In this document: one piece after another, positions 61,401-64,000 of the stretch
How positions within the stretch are numbered: position 1 is the stretch's first letter
Layout of the letters: each line of letters begins with the position of its first letter
Source: a virus
Reading direction: 5' to 3' (one strand)
Virus record (IMG/VR): IMGVR_UViG_3300028840_003168
DNA length: 64,000 bases
Made by a program: the position numbers and the translations under genes
Notes under the pieces: generated by a model
Databases searched by the model: none
Told to the model about the DNA's origin: nothing
The model's input: the letters and a program-made list of their open reading frames with translations, nothing else

Positions 61401-64000
61401 GTGCGATAAATGCTTATTGTGTAGATAACACTTCAGGGGATGAAGATGGTTCAGTACAGATTGTTACTGCCCAAAATGGAACAGTATTGGAAACAGCATT
61501 GTTTGCAACAGGCGTAACAATTACTGGTCGTGCTGATTCTAGCTTTACCATTGATGGAAATAATGCTGATCAAAGAACATTAACTATAGCCACAAGTAAT
61601 ATAGGTTCTGGCAATGGCATTGTAAGCATAGATGCAAAAACACGTATTGATATTGGCACCAGCACTCATGCAGATTATCCAGCAAATATAAATATTGGGA
61701 CTAATGTTCTTTCAGGCCAGAGAGACATCACAATAGGTCATGTGAGCAAGGTTGGAACCTTGACTTTGGAAGGTGCTGCGGTTGCCAGTAACAGTACGTG
61801 GGGTATCAATGCACCAGATGTCGCAAATGGTACACATGACGGTGGGGACGGTTCGGCTGTTCTAATCGACAGTGGAGCATCGTGGACAGTAAATGCACTC
61901 GTAGGTCGATATGTTTTCAACGATACGGATGGAAGCTACGGTCTTATTACAGCGAACACAGCGACACAGATAACGGCTACTCTTTCAGGTGGAACAGAAA
62001 ACGATTGGGATGATGGCGACGGTTACTCATTAGATGCTACGTGCCTCACTTTGACCCAGGGCGATTCGGCCACGTATCCAAATGAGCGAAAAGCAGCTTT
62101 AACGATTCACAGTAATCCTGATTTGTCGGCTGGTGAGGCTCCGAGCACAGGTTACGGGATTCTGTTTGATAATCCCGCTGGTGTAGGAAATTGGAATGGT
62201 GCTGGAGCGCAGAAGGGACAGAATTTCGCTTTCTTTGCGACTACCGACACGGCTTCACAGGATGTCACTTGTTTAGTTGGTGCTTTCGGTAATGCCGATT
62301 CAAACCATCTAGCGCATGTTCAGTCTTTGAGCAGATATGTTGGAACAGGGAATCCTGAAGCAAGGGCGTATCTGTCATCCAGTGTTGAAGTTAGTGGGGC
62401 TGATACTCAGGCGATTGCAATTACGAGAGTATCTGCTGCAACGGATAGTGTTAATGATTTAAGTACAGCTTTGACGGAAATCAAAGCCCTGGTTGAAAAT
62501 GCCAGTAATGATAGTGATCCGACCGTCGCAATAGCAGCGACAACGACTGGAGGTGGAACACCCACGATTACTGTAGATGCTTCGGTTATTTCTATCGATG
62601 CAACGGATGATTCCAATTTCTCAATGGTAGCAACGGATGCTGGTACGAAAACACTATTGATCCATGCCGACAATACCGGAGCAGGTGCTGGGATCATAAA
62701 ATTGCAGGCACCATCAGGTGCCTTGTGGATGGATGGGTTAGGGGCTGTTTTTGGTCAGACTTCGGATCTGACAGTGTTCCAAGTGAATTCTGATACGATT
62801 AACTTGAATTTCTCAGGTGATACTGATTTCGCCAACATGCAGGCTAATGACGCATCAAATCAAGAAATGCGTTTTACTGGAGCTAATGCCGGTGCTGGCG
62901 ATGTAGATATTTTATTTAGTGCTGATGGTGCTACGAATTTTGATGCAAAGACAATTTCGATAGACGCAACAGGGGTTGCAAATCTAAATGCTGGTGCGAG
63001 TTCGGATCTCACTTTGGGTGCCAGGGGCGCAACGATTACGCTGAACGAATCTGGTGACACAACGTTAGATGGTGCGTTCACAGCTACCTCAATTATAGGT
63101 GCCTTGAATGAAGTAAAAGGTGAAGTGGTAGCAGAGTCACTTTGGGATCGTGCTGCTTCTATTTTATCGCCACAAAATGCAGGTGATGGGTTATCGATTG
63201 ATGCTACTGTCGCTATTAGCCTTGAGTCAGATGTCAGTTCTTCTTTGAATGTCAATGGAAGCGATGCTGGCGATTTAACATTAACATTAAGTTCATCAAA
63301 TACTGGTGCTGGTGACGGTCTTGTAAAGATAGATGCAGATCAAACAGTTTTCAATGGAACAGCGACACCTTTCGATTTTTCGGCACCACAGATTACTTTT
63401 GCTGGTGATACTGCATCGGGTGTTAGTAATGGTGGCTTTTCTAACGCGATTGCGATGTCTGTTGATGGTGGGAAGGGTTATTTTGTAATTGAGCGTGGAA
63501 TAGGTGTTGCTGACAGTGTACAGATGGCTGTTACGAATACGGAAGTTGGTAATGTTACGTGGGGTTCGCTCCTTGATTATGTTCACGGTGTTGGTGAGGT
63601 TGGTAGGTTCCAATTAAATGGTTCAAGTGATGCAGGTCCATCAACGTACATATCTTACGGTTTAATGCAAGCAAACTGTGTTGACGATACAGATGGTGAT
63701 GAAGAAGGAACGATAAGGTTGGGAACTACAATGGATGGTGTTTGGGGATGGTGGGGCGTTGAAGTTGGAGATACCACAAAGATTGATGGTAAGACAGCAA
63801 TCAATATAGGGACAAAAACAGGATCTACTTTTAATGCTGATATTAATATAGGAACAGATGCCAACAGCACAAGAACGATCACAGTAGGTTCTGTGACTAG
63901 CAGTAAAGTCGATTACCTGTATCTCAGAGCAGATGATGTCCAGATAAATGCAGCGAATGAAATTCTGTTGCAGCAAGATACTAAAATATCTGATGGAAAA
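58463..64000 (+). CDS. giant tail-fibre/adhesin-like protein, >1846 aa, truncated by window end (absent from ORF track)
   Basis: TAATG junction; MTTVYPASNYPTALDSF...AIENIQAKLG start. The frame is still open at 64000 (ILLQQDTKISDGK) and has internal repeats. Confidence 0.8.
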   Translation, partial: MTTVYPASNYPTALDSFLPRLIDNTDEVIVNHQNTGFEAIENIQAKLGIDGDPIVGLGGVSFDPAGKAANPGAPGSPTLWVDNSGGPGFPLKYTDDTGAVLTVGESNWDRSGTKVFPATAGDYAEITIPDTTNTEALKLIQQDVTNNPAVLIIDNAGTGPSVSLEGSGSRSVNSDSADLEITTTTSGDVKVNSAGVVTFEDQYKGGSTYTGDFRVSASSAEWDTFESNMSGEVSILGGMNTLYTLISTEDIWDRTGTVIDPKNTGDTVQFSAGTVSLPGLAFVGDPDTGIYRSGTNELAIASAGQQVAMFASEQFLLNSAEGTITFENDSSLTVTAGDWAVDAVDIDITASANLDLSGISSVDIASSGGGVTVIASGDRLFLSGTNIQLTDSYRPSSTYSVPIKLANDTAEWDAFEADFGEVSLFNALDQLYDAVVAEDIWQVNSNVISPQTAGDGLLVDALNQSVSLTSSTDNTSQALASINAVSKNGAGSGLIFGVPHATLSSLVEVGSTADIGYTWVKATTEDDAKARVNIRAEGHAGNAGEIDVNVVAEHIDYTQTGSHDGGDGQAILTDTGASWDINRFVGYPVRNLTDGSSGTITANTATTVTATLSGGTDNDWDNGDNYSIDYVSPNDALVQILSTTAGTGQATMTIDADHGVSSGSEWAITAADASDNIPLHIIQNDVTSSPRPNALKISANNIAPTGVWSTTTGYAIEIDDSVGFAGIATGDQTFYFGGYATATERTIGMGIQAEGVGHANVDLGAIALDGSEGNAVARHTANVADLGTGNAVVLLQAVNDASTDPSPAGKSLATAQVRAYGDGEFAGVAEVQILSEQRDAGVTEASNINILASNAGTDGAATATVGIQAKTAINIGTDTSGDYDGDINIGTGASGSRAIAIGHITKAANLGLYAASVSMGTPTIQLVMDDVGAGLDTAFATTTSSFPVWGSFADHAHGNALISSLSFTGRDSASNFEGYGAINAYCVDNTSGDEDGSVQIVTAQNGTVLETALFATGVTITGRADSSFTIDGNNADQRTLTIATSNIGSGNGIVSIDAKTRIDIGTSTHADYPANINIGTNVLSGQRDITIGHVSKVGTLTLEGAAVASNSTWGINAPDVANGTHDGGDGSAVLIDSGASWTVNALVGRYVFNDTDGSYGLITANTATQITATLSGGTENDWDDGDGYSLDATCLTLTQGDSATYPNERKAALTIHSNPDLSAGEAPSTGYGILFDNPAGVGNWNGAGAQKGQNFAFFATTDTASQDVTCLVGAFGNADSNHLAHVQSLSRYVGTGNPEARAYLSSSVEVSGADTQAIAITRVSAATDSVNDLSTALTEIKALVENASNDSDPTVAIAATTTGGGTPTITVDASVISIDATDDSNFSMVATDAGTKTLLIHADNTGAGAGIIKLQAPSGALWMDGLGAVFGQTSDLTVFQVNSDTINLNFSGDTDFANMQANDASNQEMRFTGANAGAGDVDILFSADGATNFDAKTISIDATGVANLNAGASSDLTLGARGATITLNESGDTTLDGAFTATSIIGALNEVKGEVVAESLWDRAASILSPQNAGDGLSIDATVAISLESDVSSSLNVNGSDAGDLTLTLSSSNTGAGDGLVKIDADQTVFNGTATPFDFSAPQITFAGDTASGVSNGGFSNAIAMSVDGGKGYFVIERGIGVADSVQMAVTNTEVGNVTWGSLLDYVHGVGEVGRFQLNGSSDAGPSTYISYGLMQANCVDDTDGDEEGTIRLGTTMDGVWGWWGVEVGDTTKIDGKTAINIGTKTGSTFNADINIGTDANSTRTITVGSVTSSKVDYLYLRADDVQINAANEILLQQDTKISDGK

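Noticed and set aside
1203-63976. Long minus-strand ORFs in the track (e.g. 2262-3017, 4447-5355, 50423-51409 and those opposite 58463-64000)
   Set aside because: They are antisense shadows of well-supported + strand genes, without SD or motifs. Only 12459-12731 was accepted.
1-64000. Stop-codon reassignment
   Set aside because: Known genes are intact in code 11, and TAA, TAG and TGA all end genes at coupled junctions.

Overview
This is a 64 kb segment of a large tailed dsDNA phage genome in the standard genetic code, almost entirely + strand and with tightly coupled ATGA/TAATG gene junctions. Recognisable genes are a SNF2-family helicase, a Toprim-fold protein, ThyX, thymidylate kinase, an XRE/sigma-region-4/ParB-like fusion and three DNA methyltransferases (N4/N6, MT-A70, and a two-frame C5 enzyme next to an endonuclease VII-type HNH gene). 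Also present are a peptidase-less LexA, an amidase endolysin, small and large terminase, tail/structural genes, a KTSC-domain protein and a tail-fibre-like ORF of more than 1846 codons that runs off the right end and is missing from the ORF track. The LexA resembles myxobacterial LexA, which hints at a Myxococcota/deltaproteobacterial host. The most striking undescribed feature is a set of about 17 small, mutually unrelated acidic proteins in two clusters (7.9-11.7 kb and 42.3-47.1 kb). They share one of two short basic N-terminal leaders (MKLKGLSxKGVxRIA or MRHEDFIKGVNK), often ending in an [AG]Q motif. This looks like a capsid-targeting and protease-cleavage tag for packaged, co-injected cargo, and one cargo is Ocr-like. 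The window also has a phage-specific promoter motif in 10 near-identical copies, a structured RNA region with a tRNA-like domain, a candidate small RNA, and cassette-junction repeats. All family assignments come from motif recognition by eye, with no database searches.
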